Positions 19,067 through 31,576 of a DNA stretch of 64,000 bases are shown here, in pieces; the stretch's first letter is position 1, and every line of letters starts with the position of its first letter. The notes below the pieces were generated by a model. That model did not search any database and was not told the origin of the DNA. It saw only the letters and a program-made list of their open reading frames with translations. Where the stretch lies: NCBI GenBank assembly GCA_964350165.1, contig CAYGJA010000001.1, positions 174,545 to 238,544 of the forward strand. The letters are read 5' to 3'. The translations under genes were made by a program, and so were the position numbers. Origin of the DNA: an uncultured Candidatus Saccharibacteria bacterium. GTDB taxonomy: Bacteria > Patescibacteriota > Minisyncoccia > Phycocordibacterales > UBA1006.

Positions 19067-19108
19067 ACAACCCAAGACCGACTTCTGCTACACTACCCAG
19101 ACAAAATC

Positions 19109-22100
19109 ATGCCCAAACCATTCGTACACCTGCATACTCACTCTCACTATTCCCTCCTAGACGGACTTTCTAAAATCCCCGAACTAGTAAAGCGCACCAA
19201 AGAACTGGGTATGACCGCCCTGGCCCTCACCGATCATGGAGCCATGTATGGCGCTATCGAATTCTACAAAACCTGCAAAAAAAACGATATTAAACCCATC
19301 ATTGGTGTCGAAGCCTATGTTGCCCCTCGTACTCGCCACGACAAAGAGCACGGTATCGACAACAAAATGTTCCACCTGACCCTCCTGGCCAAGAACAATA
19401 CTGGTTACAAGAACCTCATGAAGGCCGTGTCCCAGGCCAACATGGAGGGTTATTATTACAAACCCCGCATGGACAAAGAAACCCTGAAGAATTTTAGCGA
19501 AGGCGTGATTTGTCTCTCGGGCTGTCCAGGCAGTGAATTTGTTCAATTACTAAAAAAAGGTAAAAACCAAGAAGCCCGCGATCTCATCCAATTCTATATT
19601 GACACCTACGGACGCGAGCACGTTTTTATCGAACTCATGAAGCACGACGAAGTCGAATGGTACACCCCGCTTGCCCCCGAAATCCTAGCCATCGCCAAAG
19701 AATTTGATCGACCCGTAGTGGGTACCTGGGATTCGCACTATCTCCACGCTGATGATAGCGAGGCTCATGACACTCTGCTGGCCATCAACACCAATAACAG
19801 CAACTTTAAATTGGATGGTGATTACCACCTCCTGTCTCCAGACGAAGCGCATCAAGTTTTTTCTGAATTTCCTAATATCGCCGCCAACACGCAGCTGGTG
19901 GCCGACATGGTCGATATTGAACTAGAGCTCGGTAGCTGGAACTTTCCCAGGTTCGAAGTCGAAGAGGGCAAAACCCACGCCCAGGTTTTGCGCGAAGAAG
20001 TCTATGCCGGCGTAGAGTGGCGCTATGGAGAACTGAACGACACCATCAAAGAGCGCATCGATTTTGAACTCGACGTAATCGAATTCAAAGGCTTTCCGGT
20101 GTACATGCTTATTGTGGCCGACCTTTTGAAATTTGCCCGTGCCAATCAAATCCTCACCAATATTCGTGGATCGGTGGCGGGGTCTATCGTTACGTATCTC
20201 CTCGGGGTAACCAACGTCGATCCGCTGGCGCTCAAGCTCCCTTTTTCTCGGTTCCTGAACAAAGAACGACCAACGGCTCCAGATATCGACATGGACTTTG
20301 CCGATGACCGACGTGATGAGGTAATTGATTATGCTCGGCAAAAATACGGCCATGCTGCTGTGGCGCAGATTGGAACTTTTGGAAAAATGCTTGCTCGTGG
20401 AGCCGTGCGCGATGTAGCCCGAGCCCTAGGTTATCCTTATGATGTTGGCGACAAAATATCCAAACTCATTCCGCCTGGTGCTCAAGGCTTTCCCATGACG
20501 CTCGAGCGTGCTCTCAACGAATCACCCGAACTCAAAGAGCTTTATGACGCCGATCGTCCTAGCCGAGAAATCGTCGAAATGGCCAAAAAACTAGAAGGCT
20601 GTGCTCGGCATATTTCTGTTCATGCTGCTGGAGTAGTTATCTCGCCCACCACCGCCGACGATTACACCCCTATCCAATTCGATCCCAAGGGAGGAAAGAT
20701 TATTACCCAGTACGACATGCACGCCGTCGAAGATGCGGGACTTATCAAGTTCGACTTTCTGGGAATTAGAAACCTCGCCATCCTGGCTGATGCCATTCGT
20801 CGCGTGAAAAAAATCCGTGGCATCGAAGTAGACGTCGAAGCCATTCCTCAAGACGACCGCCGCACGTTCGAAATGCTTGCTCGTGGCGAGACCATGGGAG
20901 TGTTTCAGCTATCTGGAGGAGGCATGACCAAATACCTCATGGATTTGCGGCCGACCCAAATCACCGATATCAACGCCATGGTGGCGCTGTATCGACCGGG
21001 GCCACTGGAAATGATTCCGGAATATATTCGACGCAAGCAAAACCCGCACCTAATCAAATACCTTGACCCACGAATGGAAAATATTCTAGATCAATCCTAT
21101 GGGGTTATTACCTACCAGGATGACGTGATGCTTATTGCCATCGAACTCGGTGGCTATTCTTGGCTCGAAGCCGACAAGCTCCGCAAAGCCATGGGTAAAA
21201 AAATCCCCGAACTCATGGAGGAGCAAAAGAAAAAACTTGCCGCCGGACTGCTCGAGCGAGGCATGAGTGAAAAAAAGATTGCCGAACTGTGGTCGTTGAT
21301 CGAACCTTTTGCCGCCTATGGATTCAACAAAGCCCATGCGGCTAGCTATGGCTTGCTAGCGTATCGTACCGCCTACATGAAAGCCAACTTCCCTCAGGAA
21401 TACATGAGTGCCATCATGACCGCCGAATCAGGAGACCTGGAAAAAGTATCTGAAGTCATTACCGAATGTCGCCGCATGGGAATGGATATCATGCCACCGG
21501 ATATCAACGAATCATTTTCAGACTTTACCGTTGTTCTGGCAGAACCAGAAAAGGTCGACATGGATCAAGTAGCCGAACGATCAAAAGGCGTCTATCGAAA
21601 AACTGAAAGCGGTTTGGTGATTACCCATCGCATTCGCTTTGGATTAAAAAATATAAAAAACTTCGGTGAAGAAATTGGAAAAATAATCATTGAAGAACGA
21701 AAGAAAAACGGAAAGTTCAAATCCATCGAAGACATGCTCGAGCGTGTCCAACACCGGAACCTCAATCGCAAATCTCTCGAAGCACTTATTCTCTGCGGAG
21801 CTTTTGATTCTCTTCATCCCAATCGCGGCGAACTATTGGCCAATGTCGAAGCCATGCTGGCTTTTAATCGGTCATTCCGACAACAAAACGAAGATCAGAT
21901 TTCTCTTTTTGGCGGACTCGACAGCGCACCCCAAGCCAAGCTCTCTCTGGTACCAGCCGAACCAATCAACCCAGACCAAAAATTAAAACACGAAAAAGAA
22001 CTTCTCGGCCTGTATGTATCTGGCCACCCGTTAGACAAGTTCAAAGAAAAATTAGCTAAAAGCGGCGTCACCGTAAAAAAAGTCCGCGAACAAGGGCGCA

Positions 22101-22351
22101 CCGACCAGACGCTTATTTTTGGAGCCATCATTTCAGAATCCAAAACCATCCTGACCAAAAAACAAGAACGCATGGCCTTTCTCACCCTCAGTGACCATAC
22201 CGGTTCTATCGAAGCCGTCGTATTCCCTCGCACCTACAAGGAATTCCACGAAATTCTCGAACCCGACACCTGTATTGTGGTCAAAGCCAAAGTCTCTGAC
22301 CGTAACGGCGAGAAAGGCTTTATTTGTGAAAAAATAAAATTGTTGGAATAG
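19109..22351 (+). CDS. dnaE: DNA polymerase III alpha subunit
   Basis: N-terminal PHP domain HLHTHSHYSLLDG. Polymerase core motifs are present (GVFQLSGGGM, ALYRPGP). C-terminal OB fold. 1080 aa. Confidence 0.95.
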   Translation: MPKPFVHLHTHSHYSLLDGLSKIPELVKRTKELGMTALALTDHGAMYGAIEFYKTCKKNDIKPIIGVEAYVAPRTRHDKEHGIDNKMFHLTLLAKNNTGYKNLMKAVSQANMEGYYYKPRMDKETLKNFSEGVICLSGCPGSEFVQLLKKGKNQEARDLIQFYIDTYGREHVFIELMKHDEVEWYTPLAPEILAIAKEFDRPVVGTWDSHYLHADDSEAHDTLLAINTNNSNFKLDGDYHLLSPDEAHQVFSEFPNIAANTQLVADMVDIELELGSWNFPRFEVEEGKTHAQVLREEVYAGVEWRYGELNDTIKERIDFELDVIEFKGFPVYMLIVADLLKFARANQILTNIRGSVAGSIVTYLLGVTNVDPLALKLPFSRFLNKERPTAPDIDMDFADDRRDEVIDYARQKYGHAAVAQIGTFGKMLARGAVRDVARALGYPYDVGDKISKLIPPGAQGFPMTLERALNESPELKELYDADRPSREIVEMAKKLEGCARHISVHAAGVVISPTTADDYTPIQFDPKGGKIITQYDMHAVEDAGLIKFDFLGIRNLAILADAIRRVKKIRGIEVDVEAIPQDDRRTFEMLARGETMGVFQLSGGGMTKYLMDLRPTQITDINAMVALYRPGPLEMIPEYIRRKQNPHLIKYLDPRMENILDQSYGVITYQDDVMLIAIELGGYSWLEADKLRKAMGKKIPELMEEQKKKLAAGLLERGMSEKKIAELWSLIEPFAAYGFNKAHAASYGLLAYRTAYMKANFPQEYMSAIMTAESGDLEKVSEVITECRRMGMDIMPPDINESFSDFTVVLAEPEKVDMDQVAERSKGVYRKTESGLVITHRIRFGLKNIKNFGEEIGKIIIEERKKNGKFKSIEDMLERVQHRNLNRKSLEALILCGAFDSLHPNRGELLANVEAMLAFNRSFRQQNEDQISLFGGLDSAPQAKLSLVPAEPINPDQKLKHEKELLGLYVSGHPLDKFKEKLAKSGVTVKKVREQGRTDQTLIFGAIISESKTILTKKQERMAFLTLSDHTGSIEAVVFPRTYKEFHEILEPDTCIVVKAKVSDRNGEKGFICEKIKLLE

Positions 22352-22369
22352 TTTATATGCACCAAAACT

Positions 22370-22425
22370 ATTACTAGAAGAAGTAGGTCCTCTTCTAGTA
22401 ATAAGAAGGCTTTTTTGCTACATTT
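22370..22425 (+). terminator. hairpin terminator after dnaE
   Basis: 11-bp stem ttactagaaga/tcttctagtaa followed by a T-run (ggcttttttg). Confidence 0.6.
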
Positions 22426-22449
22426 GATAAGTTAATTAACTTTTTGCGT

Positions 22450-24189
22450 ATGGAAGAACAAGACAAAATCTATGCTATCAGGCACTCACTCGCGCACTTA
22501 CTGGCTTCGGCCGTGCTTGACCTCTACCCCAACGCAAAACCCACCTTGGGACCCCCCGTCGAAAATGGCTTTTATTATGACTTTGACTTTGGCGATGACA
22601 AAATCACCGACGAGGATCTAAAAAAAATACAAAAAAGAATGCGCAAGAAATTGTCTTCTTGGCATGATTTTGTTCCAGCAGAAAAAACCGTAGCCGAGGC
22701 TCGTGATTTTTTCCAAGACAACCCATACAAACTAGAAATCATTGACGATATCGAGGCCGCTGGTGAAGTTATCACTTTTTATACTTCGGGCGACTTTATC
22801 GACCTGTGTCGTGGCGGGCACGTGAACGACATGGCTGCTGAAATTAGTGCCGACATGTTCCAACTCGACAAAATCGCTGGCGCCTATTGGCGTGGTGACG
22901 AAAACAACAAAATGCTGACTCGTATTTATGGGCTCGCTTTTGCCAGCAAGGACGAGCTTGACGCTTATCTCACCCAACGCGAAGAAGCCAAAAAACGAGA
23001 TCATCGCAAACTGGGAAAGGAGCTCGACCTGTTTACTTTTTCTGATCTAGTCGGACCCGGATTACCATTGTTCACCCCCAAAGGAACCCTGTTTCGAGAA
23101 CTGGTGGTGGATAAAATTCAAAACATCCAAAAAAATCTTGGTTACCAAAAAGTAGCAATTCCACACATCACAAAATCTGATTTGTATAAAACCTCTGGAC
23201 ACTACGACAAATATGGCGATGACTTGTTCAAAGTAAAAGGTCGAGGAGAGACAGAATTCTGTCTCAAGCCCATGAACTGCCCTCATCATACACAAATATA
23301 CGCCTCTCAACCGCGCAGCTACAAAGACCTGCCCTTGCGATACATGGAAGCAACAACCGTCTACCGAGACGAGCAAGCAGGAGAACTTCTAGGTCTTTCT
23401 CGTGTGCGCAGTATCACCCAAGATGACGGGCACGTATTCTGTCGACCAGACCAAATAGAGCAAGAAGTAAAGAACGTGATTTTTGTTATCAAAGAATTCT
23501 ATTCATCATTGGACATGCTACACGATGATAAGTATTGGGTATCGCTTTCTGTCCGAGATCCGAAAACACCAGAAAAATACCTCGGCGACGCAGCGGTCTG
23601 GGATGCAGCCGAGAAAACTCTAGAAAAAATATGCCAAGAAGAAAAACTAAACTATAAAAAAATCGAAGGCGAGGCCGCGTTCTACGGACCAAAAATTGAT
23701 TTCCAATTCAAAGACGCAATTGGTCGCGAATGGCAACTCGGTACCGCCCAGCTAGATTTCCAAATGCCCGCGCGTTTTAGTCTCGAATACACTGATTCGG
23801 ACGGAAGCAAAAAAACGCCCGTCATGATTCACCGTGCCGTCGCCGGTAGTCTCGAGCGATTTATGGCAGTGGCTATCGAGCACTTTGCTGGAGCGTTCCC
23901 TACCTGGCTGTCCCCCATCCAATTAGCCATTGTGCCTGTCAGTGATACGCACCACGAATACGCCGAATCCGTAGCCGAGGAACTCAAAGCAGCCGGTATA
24001 CGCGTCGAATTCCTAGCCGCGAGCGATAGCCTGGGTAAAAGAATCCGATCCATCAAACAAGCCAAAACCCCTTATTGGATTGTAATTGGCGACAAAGAAA
24101 AAGACTCTCAAGTGTTCACACTCGAAAGCTACACTGATCAAAAAAATGAAAACATTACAATAAAGAATATTGCCGAACAGTTACAGTAA
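22450..24189 (+). CDS. thrS: threonyl-tRNA synthetase (lacks N-terminal TGS/N1 domain)
   Basis: Editing-domain HxxxH (RHSLAHLL). Class II core motifs (FRDEQAGELLGLSRVRSITQDDGHVFC, GREWQLGTAQLDF). C-terminal anticodon-binding domain. Confidence 0.93.
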   Translation: MEEQDKIYAIRHSLAHLLASAVLDLYPNAKPTLGPPVENGFYYDFDFGDDKITDEDLKKIQKRMRKKLSSWHDFVPAEKTVAEARDFFQDNPYKLEIIDDIEAAGEVITFYTSGDFIDLCRGGHVNDMAAEISADMFQLDKIAGAYWRGDENNKMLTRIYGLAFASKDELDAYLTQREEAKKRDHRKLGKELDLFTFSDLVGPGLPLFTPKGTLFRELVVDKIQNIQKNLGYQKVAIPHITKSDLYKTSGHYDKYGDDLFKVKGRGETEFCLKPMNCPHHTQIYASQPRSYKDLPLRYMEATTVYRDEQAGELLGLSRVRSITQDDGHVFCRPDQIEQEVKNVIFVIKEFYSSLDMLHDDKYWVSLSVRDPKTPEKYLGDAAVWDAAEKTLEKICQEEKLNYKKIEGEAAFYGPKIDFQFKDAIGREWQLGTAQLDFQMPARFSLEYTDSDGSKKTPVMIHRAVAGSLERFMAVAIEHFAGAFPTWLSPIQLAIVPVSDTHHEYAESVAEELKAAGIRVEFLAASDSLGKRIRSIKQAKTPYWIVIGDKEKDSQVFTLESYTDQKNENITIKNIAEQLQ

Positions 24190-24288
24190 TACTTATCTTC
24201 ACCAAAAAAAAACGCCGAACCAATCCTCAAAAGAGGTTAATCCGGCATCATCCCCATTTTCACTTAACGTTTTTCCCATGCCCCTTGG

Positions 24289-24585
24289 CTAGAGTGTCAG
24301 CGAGAGTATGCACCAGAGCACATACTCAACCGCCACGATGGTGCAAAAAAAGATAAACACCTTGTCTTTGTTAGATATGCCGTAACATATCCCAGACAGG
24401 TTTAGTACAGCTATCCCCAGGGGATACCATACTATGTTACCTTCTCCAGCAATCATGACGCTTACGATTTCTTGCAATACCAATACAAACTGTACCGTGC
24501 CTGCAAGATACCGATAGACAAACACTCCAATTCGGACGACCAAAGACAACTTGCCCTGTTCGTCCTTAGCTTTGGAGCTGGTCAT
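24289..24585 (-). CDS. hypothetical small membrane protein
   Basis: 98-aa ORF with hydrophobic segments. No motif. Confidence 0.35.
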   Translation of the reverse strand: MTSSKAKDEQGKLSLVVRIGVFVYRYLAGTVQFVLVLQEIVSVMIAGEGNIVWYPLGIAVLNLSGICYGISNKDKVFIFFCTIVAVEYVLWCILSLTL

Positions 24586-24672
24586 AACGTTAAGTTGTTG
24601 TGACCCAAATCCTGGCGCAAGATCTAGGTCTTGTTTACATAAAGAACTATGCGCCGATCTCTTTTTGTCTTG

Positions 24673-24972
24673 CTATTCCGGTACATCAATATACTCACTC
24701 GAACCGTCAGGAAAATTTACCATGACGTACAAAGATGGGCTGCCAGGAACAGTAGCCACGCCCGAAACATAACCAAAACTTGATGAAGTAGATATTACCC
24801 TCCAGATAATGGTTGCTTTCCCCTCTTTTTCTTTCTCGATTTTCACGATGCTTTTCTCTCCACCGTAAAAGAACGCTAGCTCGTCACCATCAACGAGATT
24901 GACGGTAATGGTTCCCTCCAGCTTCTCGCTTGAAAGAATATTCTGGCTATTCTTTGTTACTTTAATATCCAT
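24673..24972 (-). CDS. hypothetical protein
   Basis: 99-aa ORF. No motif. Confidence 0.35.
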   Translation of the reverse strand: MDIKVTKNSQNILSSEKLEGTITVNLVDGDELAFFYGGEKSIVKIEKEKEGKATIIWRVISTSSSFGYVSGVATVPGSPSLYVMVNFPDGSSEYIDVPE

Positions 24973-25180
24973 TCTTTTCTTTTAAATGAAACCCAAAGCC
25001 CAACTACGTGAAGAGCCTCTTTAACCTCAATTAAGACACTCAATGACTGGTTTTTCCAGAAAAGTAACAAAAATATAAAAACCTAACCAAAAAGCTTACT
25101 CCGAAAGTATTTTTTGGAGCTAATTGTTGTCACAAATGTTGACAACTTTTTGATTATCTGTAATTTTTGGGGAGCACGAT

Positions 25181-25945
25181 ATGAATATCAAGGAAATCAA
25201 AAAAGTCTTGGGTGGATATGGCCTCAATGAAAAAGAGGCGGCTTTTTACCTTGCCTCACTAACGCTCGGCGAATCCGGCATGACTGAAATCGCCGAATTA
25301 GCCAAACTCAAAAGACCTACAGCTTACAAAATTTACAAAACCCTTCACGAAAAAGGTCTAATGGGTAATTTTGAAATGCGCTCCGGAGCCAGATTCGTAG
25401 CAACGCAACCACAAGTGCTGGTAAAAAATCTAGAAGACCGCTTGTCAGCCATGCGTGACATCCTACCCGACCTTAGTGCTCTGGACCACAAGACAAAATC
25501 AAAGCCACGGGTGCGTTATTTCCATGGAACTGAAGGATACAAAAATGCCATTGAAGATTCATTACAGAAACCAAACATAACCCTACGGCATATTGGTTCA
25601 CTAAACGAGATCCACAAAATAAAAACCAAAAAATATGATCTCGAATATTACATGCCCAAACGTATCTCTCTGAACATCTTTCTTCGTTCTCTGTATTTCG
25701 GAGACACCGCTTCTGAAGTAAAAGACGTGGAGCAACATAAATTTTTGCGCGATATTCGCTATGTCCCAGATGTATACAAATTCAATAGCGCAACCCTTAT
25801 TTACGAAGACAAAGTAATCATCACCAGTAGTCGCGAAAATCTTATGACACTGATGATCACGAGCGCAGATATTGCCGAAGCAGAAAGAAAAAAATTTGAT
25901 ATTATTTGGAATTTACTTGGACCAAATAGACCACGGAAAATATAG
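25181..25945 (+). CDS. TrmB-family HTH transcriptional regulator
   Basis: The N-terminal wHTH (GLNEKEAAFYLASLTLGESGMTEIAELAKLKRPTAYKIYKTLHEKGL) is typical of the TrmB family. Confidence 0.6.
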   Translation: MNIKEIKKVLGGYGLNEKEAAFYLASLTLGESGMTEIAELAKLKRPTAYKIYKTLHEKGLMGNFEMRSGARFVATQPQVLVKNLEDRLSAMRDILPDLSALDHKTKSKPRVRYFHGTEGYKNAIEDSLQKPNITLRHIGSLNEIHKIKTKKYDLEYYMPKRISLNIFLRSLYFGDTASEVKDVEQHKFLRDIRYVPDVYKFNSATLIYEDKVIITSSRENLMTLMITSADIAEAERKKFDIIWNLLGPNRPRKI

Positions 25946-26153
25946 TGCTATAATTTCTCCATGTTCGAAGACAGTCTCTACAATTTAATGAATCAACTGG
26001 TTCAGGAACAAAAAAGCTTGTGGCGCATAGAGAATTTCTACCTACCACAGGCTGAAGACGAAGAAGAAATTGCCACCTGGGAACGAATCGCTGGTGACAA
26101 GCTAGAACACGTCGAGACTCTTTCCAGAATGATTCAAGAACGAATCTAGTTCT

Positions 26154-28229
<2,076 letters not shown>

Positions 28230-28298
28230 CTAAACTATGGGTTTAGTATAGCACATAAACCACAAATTTCGCGCTATCTTAGCTCTGGCAATTCCCTT

Positions 28299-29957
28299 CT
28301 ATTCTTCTATTGGAGCCAAATATTTCTCAATATCCGCCCTGGTGCCTCCTATTTTTTTGCCTGGATTAAAAATATTTTGTGGATCAAAAATATCTTTAAC
28401 TTCTTTGAATAATTCGTATATTTTTTCTCCATACATATCCCTCAGGTATGGAGTTCTCATGATGCCATCATTGTGTTCGGCGGTGATTGTTCCACCATGC
28501 TCAATAATTAATTGATATATTTTGTCCGCAGCTGGCAGAATCTTGGCTCTCTCTTTTTCATCGTTCAAATCCATAAGAGGAATAATGTGATAATTTCCAT
28601 TACCGGCATGGCCAGCAATATTAGCCTTAATTCCGTATTCTTTTAGGATTGCCAGCATTTTGGGTAAAAATTCCGGCATGCGCTCTGGCAACACAGCAAA
28701 ATCCTCTACAAAAGGAGCTGTTTTTTTACCTTTGACATGCTCACGCAACAAAGCAAAACTTTCGTGACGCATGGTGAGATACTTGGCCATTTCTGGTTCT
28801 TTTTTGAGAATTCGATACCAAACTCGAAATGGCTTGAGAACCTTTTCGATTTGAGTAGTTTTTTTGTCTAGCTCAGCTTCGAAGTCTTCGGCCAATTCAA
28901 TTAACACAATCAGTTTCGGCATCCCAAGCATGCGCACCCCCAAAAAAACTTCGGGCAAAAAACGCAACGCAAACGAAACAAAAGACTCTCCTGCTCGCTT
29001 GGCAACCTGAGGCATAAAGCGAAGACCTAATTTAAGAGTGGCCCTATCGAAAGTTTCGAGAGATTCTGGTCCATACGGAAGCACTGCGTTTACTACGGCC
29101 GGCAAGTCATCCCAGCTTTTGTAAAAAGTAGCAAACATTCTGCGATGTGGTTTTTCGTTCATCAAGCGAATCTTGGCTTTGGTCAACACGCCTAATGTGC
29201 CCTGCGAACCAACAAACAATTGCGACAGGTCAAAAATGCCTTTTTCTTTGTCCCAAACTCGCCACAAAGCATAGCCGGCTGAATTCTTGGATACTTTTGG
29301 TTCCGCGGCCTTAATCAGGTCATAATTATCATCAAGCAAGGCGAACATCTTTCGATAAATATCTCCCTCATGATCTTTTTGGGCTTTCTTTTTCTCAAGA
29401 TCGCTAATCGTCAAAGGACCAAAATGATATAGATTTCCATCAGCCAGCACCATCGAAACCTCATCAACAAAGTCCCTGGTCTGGCCGTAGCGAAGGGTTT
29501 TTTCACCACCAGAATTATTCATGATGATTCCCCCCATCGCCGCCAATCGCTTAGAGGCTGGATACGAAGGAAACGTGATATTTTCTGGTAACGTTTCTTT
29601 TTCAAAGTCTCGATAATAAACACCAGGCTCAACTACCGCCGTCAAATTATCTTCATCGACATTTTCGTGATTGAGATAGCGAGTTGTTCCCAAAATAATA
29701 GAATCATTCAAGGGTCCTCCAGTCATGTCGCTTCCAGCGCTTCGAGCCGTAATAGATAGACCGGGCTGGTTCTTTTTTTCTGCATTCACCCAGGTGACTA
29801 ATTTTTTGATATCGTCCGCATTCTTGGGAAAAATAACCATCTCTGGTACACGCCTAAATAGACTGGTGTCCCGACTATACTCGGCAATAATCTCTCCCGA
29901 ATCCTCTACATCACCCAGTAGTAAATCTTGCAGTTCTTTTTTGTTTATTTTTTCCAT
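28299..29957 (-). CDS. FAD-linked oxidase (GlcD/D-lactate dehydrogenase-like, FAD_binding_4 + C-terminal domain)
   Basis: N-terminal FAD-binding PCMH-type motifs (ARSAGSDMTGGPL). About 550 aa, typical of this family. Confidence 0.7.
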   Translation of the reverse strand: MEKINKKELQDLLLGDVEDSGEIIAEYSRDTSLFRRVPEMVIFPKNADDIKKLVTWVNAEKKNQPGLSITARSAGSDMTGGPLNDSIILGTTRYLNHENVDEDNLTAVVEPGVYYRDFEKETLPENITFPSYPASKRLAAMGGIIMNNSGGEKTLRYGQTRDFVDEVSMVLADGNLYHFGPLTISDLEKKKAQKDHEGDIYRKMFALLDDNYDLIKAAEPKVSKNSAGYALWRVWDKEKGIFDLSQLFVGSQGTLGVLTKAKIRLMNEKPHRRMFATFYKSWDDLPAVVNAVLPYGPESLETFDRATLKLGLRFMPQVAKRAGESFVSFALRFLPEVFLGVRMLGMPKLIVLIELAEDFEAELDKKTTQIEKVLKPFRVWYRILKKEPEMAKYLTMRHESFALLREHVKGKKTAPFVEDFAVLPERMPEFLPKMLAILKEYGIKANIAGHAGNGNYHIIPLMDLNDEKERAKILPAADKIYQLIIEHGGTITAEHNDGIMRTPYLRDMYGEKIYELFKEVKDIFDPQNIFNPGKKIGGTRADIEKYLAPIEE

Positions 29958-30397
29958 AATCCAGCCACAAATTTGTCGAGCCCAAAATACTTACCCGTTT
30001 GGGTAGCCATGATCACAAACAAAGCCGCTATGTATACAATGTGGTCATCAACCAAATAACCGTGCTCTACTAACGGGAAATTTGAAACAGGAAGATAATA
30101 CAGAATCATAAGGACTATCCCACCAAAAGCGGCCACTCGAGAAAACAATCCCAAAATCAGTCCAACTCCGACCAAGAGCAAACCCCATTCGTTAAGAATA
30201 TTTACAATGTCGATAATGCCAGGTTGGGCCAACTTGGCAAAGAAATCAGGAAATGTGTTGGCATTCGTCAAATACCCAGCCGCAGACCAATCTGGATTAA
30301 TTATCTTTGAAAAACCCGCATAAAAAAAGAGCCATCCCAAAGTAATGCGAAGAAAAAACAAGGCGATATTTTGTTTTTGTTGTTTAAAATAATTCAT
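29945..30397 (-). CDS. DoxX-family membrane protein
   Basis: FFLRITLGWLFFYAGFSKI is the DoxX signature. 4 TM. Confidence 0.7.
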   Translation of the reverse strand: MNYFKQQKQNIALFFLRITLGWLFFYAGFSKIINPDWSAAGYLTNANTFPDFFAKLAQPGIIDIVNILNEWGLLLVGVGLILGLFSRVAAFGGIVLMILYYLPVSNFPLVEHGYLVDDHIVYIAALFVIMATQTGKYFGLDKFVAGLWKK

Positions 30398-30469
30398 ATT
30401 AAAATTGTATCACGACTCTGCTGTCGTGATTTGGTATACTGTATCTGATTTACAGATAATACATCACAC

Positions 30470-31531
30470 ATGGATAACAACGAACAAGAAATAGATTTTT
30501 TGGCAATTGGCGACATCGTCAATGACGACTTTGTAGATCTTCAGGAAGCTCGCGTTTTTGAAGACCGGGACGGTGTCTCCATGTTAGCAATGCGTTTTGG
30601 CGACAAGCTCCCCTACAAAGACAGGGAGCTCATCAAGGGTGTCGGGAATAGCCCCAATGCTGCCACCTCAGCCACACGACTTGGTCTTCGTGCCGGCATT
30701 ATGACTCACGTCGGAGATGATGAGCTGGGACAAGAAACCATTGCAGCCCTAGAAGAGCGCAACGTCAACACAGAATTTGTTACTACAGAAGTTAACAAAA
30801 CCACTAACTATCACTTTGTACTTCGCTGGAAAGCCGAACGAACCATTCTCATCAAACACGAGGCTTACACCTATAATCTGGCCGCCCAAACCGAAGGAAA
30901 ACCTATTCCAAAATGGATTTACTTTAGTTCGGTTGGCGAAGACTCTATTCAATACCATCACGATATTGCTGCGTGGGCAAAAGAAAAAAATATCAAGCTT
31001 GCCTTTCAGCCAGGAACTTTTCAAATCAAGCTTGGCTTCAAGCCACTTCAGGACCTTTATGAAACAACCGAGCTCTTTTTCTGTAACGTAGAAGAGGCAG
31101 AGCGTATCCTGGGACCAGTACTTGGAGATTCAGCAATCGATAGCAACCGAGACAAGAACACCAATAATCGTCAGCAACAGGTTATTTTTCTTCTGCAAGA
31201 AATGCGAAAACTTGGGCCAAAAATAGTCTGTATTACTGACGGACCAGGCGGGGCTTATGCCTATGATGGCGCCGATGCTTGGCACATACCCATGTACCCA
31301 GACCCAGCTCCCCCCGTTGACCGTACCGGAGCTGGAGATTCGTTCAGTAGCACCTTTACTTCGGCTCTCATTCTCGGCAAAGGCCTAGATGAGGCCTTGC
31401 GCTGGGGACCAATCAACTCCATGAGTGTGGTGCAAAAAGTAGGTGCCCAAGCCGGACTACTAGAAAGACAAAAACTAGAAGAGCTCCTAAATACCGCCCC
31501 CGAAGAATACAAAGCAACCAAAATTTTATAA
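30470..31531 (+). CDS. PfkB-family carbohydrate kinase (ribokinase-like)
   Basis: C-terminal PfkB signature DGPGGAYAY...DRTGAGDSFSSTFTSALILG. An N-terminal GD dipeptide is present. Confidence 0.8.
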   Translation: MDNNEQEIDFLAIGDIVNDDFVDLQEARVFEDRDGVSMLAMRFGDKLPYKDRELIKGVGNSPNAATSATRLGLRAGIMTHVGDDELGQETIAALEERNVNTEFVTTEVNKTTNYHFVLRWKAERTILIKHEAYTYNLAAQTEGKPIPKWIYFSSVGEDSIQYHHDIAAWAKEKNIKLAFQPGTFQIKLGFKPLQDLYETTELFFCNVEEAERILGPVLGDSAIDSNRDKNTNNRQQQVIFLLQEMRKLGPKIVCITDGPGGAYAYDGADAWHIPMYPDPAPPVDRTGAGDSFSSTFTSALILGKGLDEALRWGPINSMSVVQKVGAQAGLLERQKLEELLNTAPEEYKATKIL

Positions 31532-31545
31532 TCTAAAAACCCCGG

Positions 31546-31575
31546 GATACCCCGGGGTTTTTAGTGGCCCAAAAT
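31546..31575. terminator. bidirectional rho-independent terminator between pfkB-like gene and transketolase
   Basis: aaaaaccccggg-atac-cccggggttttt, a perfect GC stem flanked by A- and T-runs. Confidence 0.85.
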
Positions 31576-31576
31576 A

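Noticed and set aside
24190-25180. Intergenic stretches after thrS and before the TrmB-like gene, scanned for tRNA genes
   Set aside because: No GTTCGAATC/GGTTCGATTCC-type T-arm with a matching acceptor stem was found here. No tRNA-like cloverleaf could be assembled anywhere else in the window.
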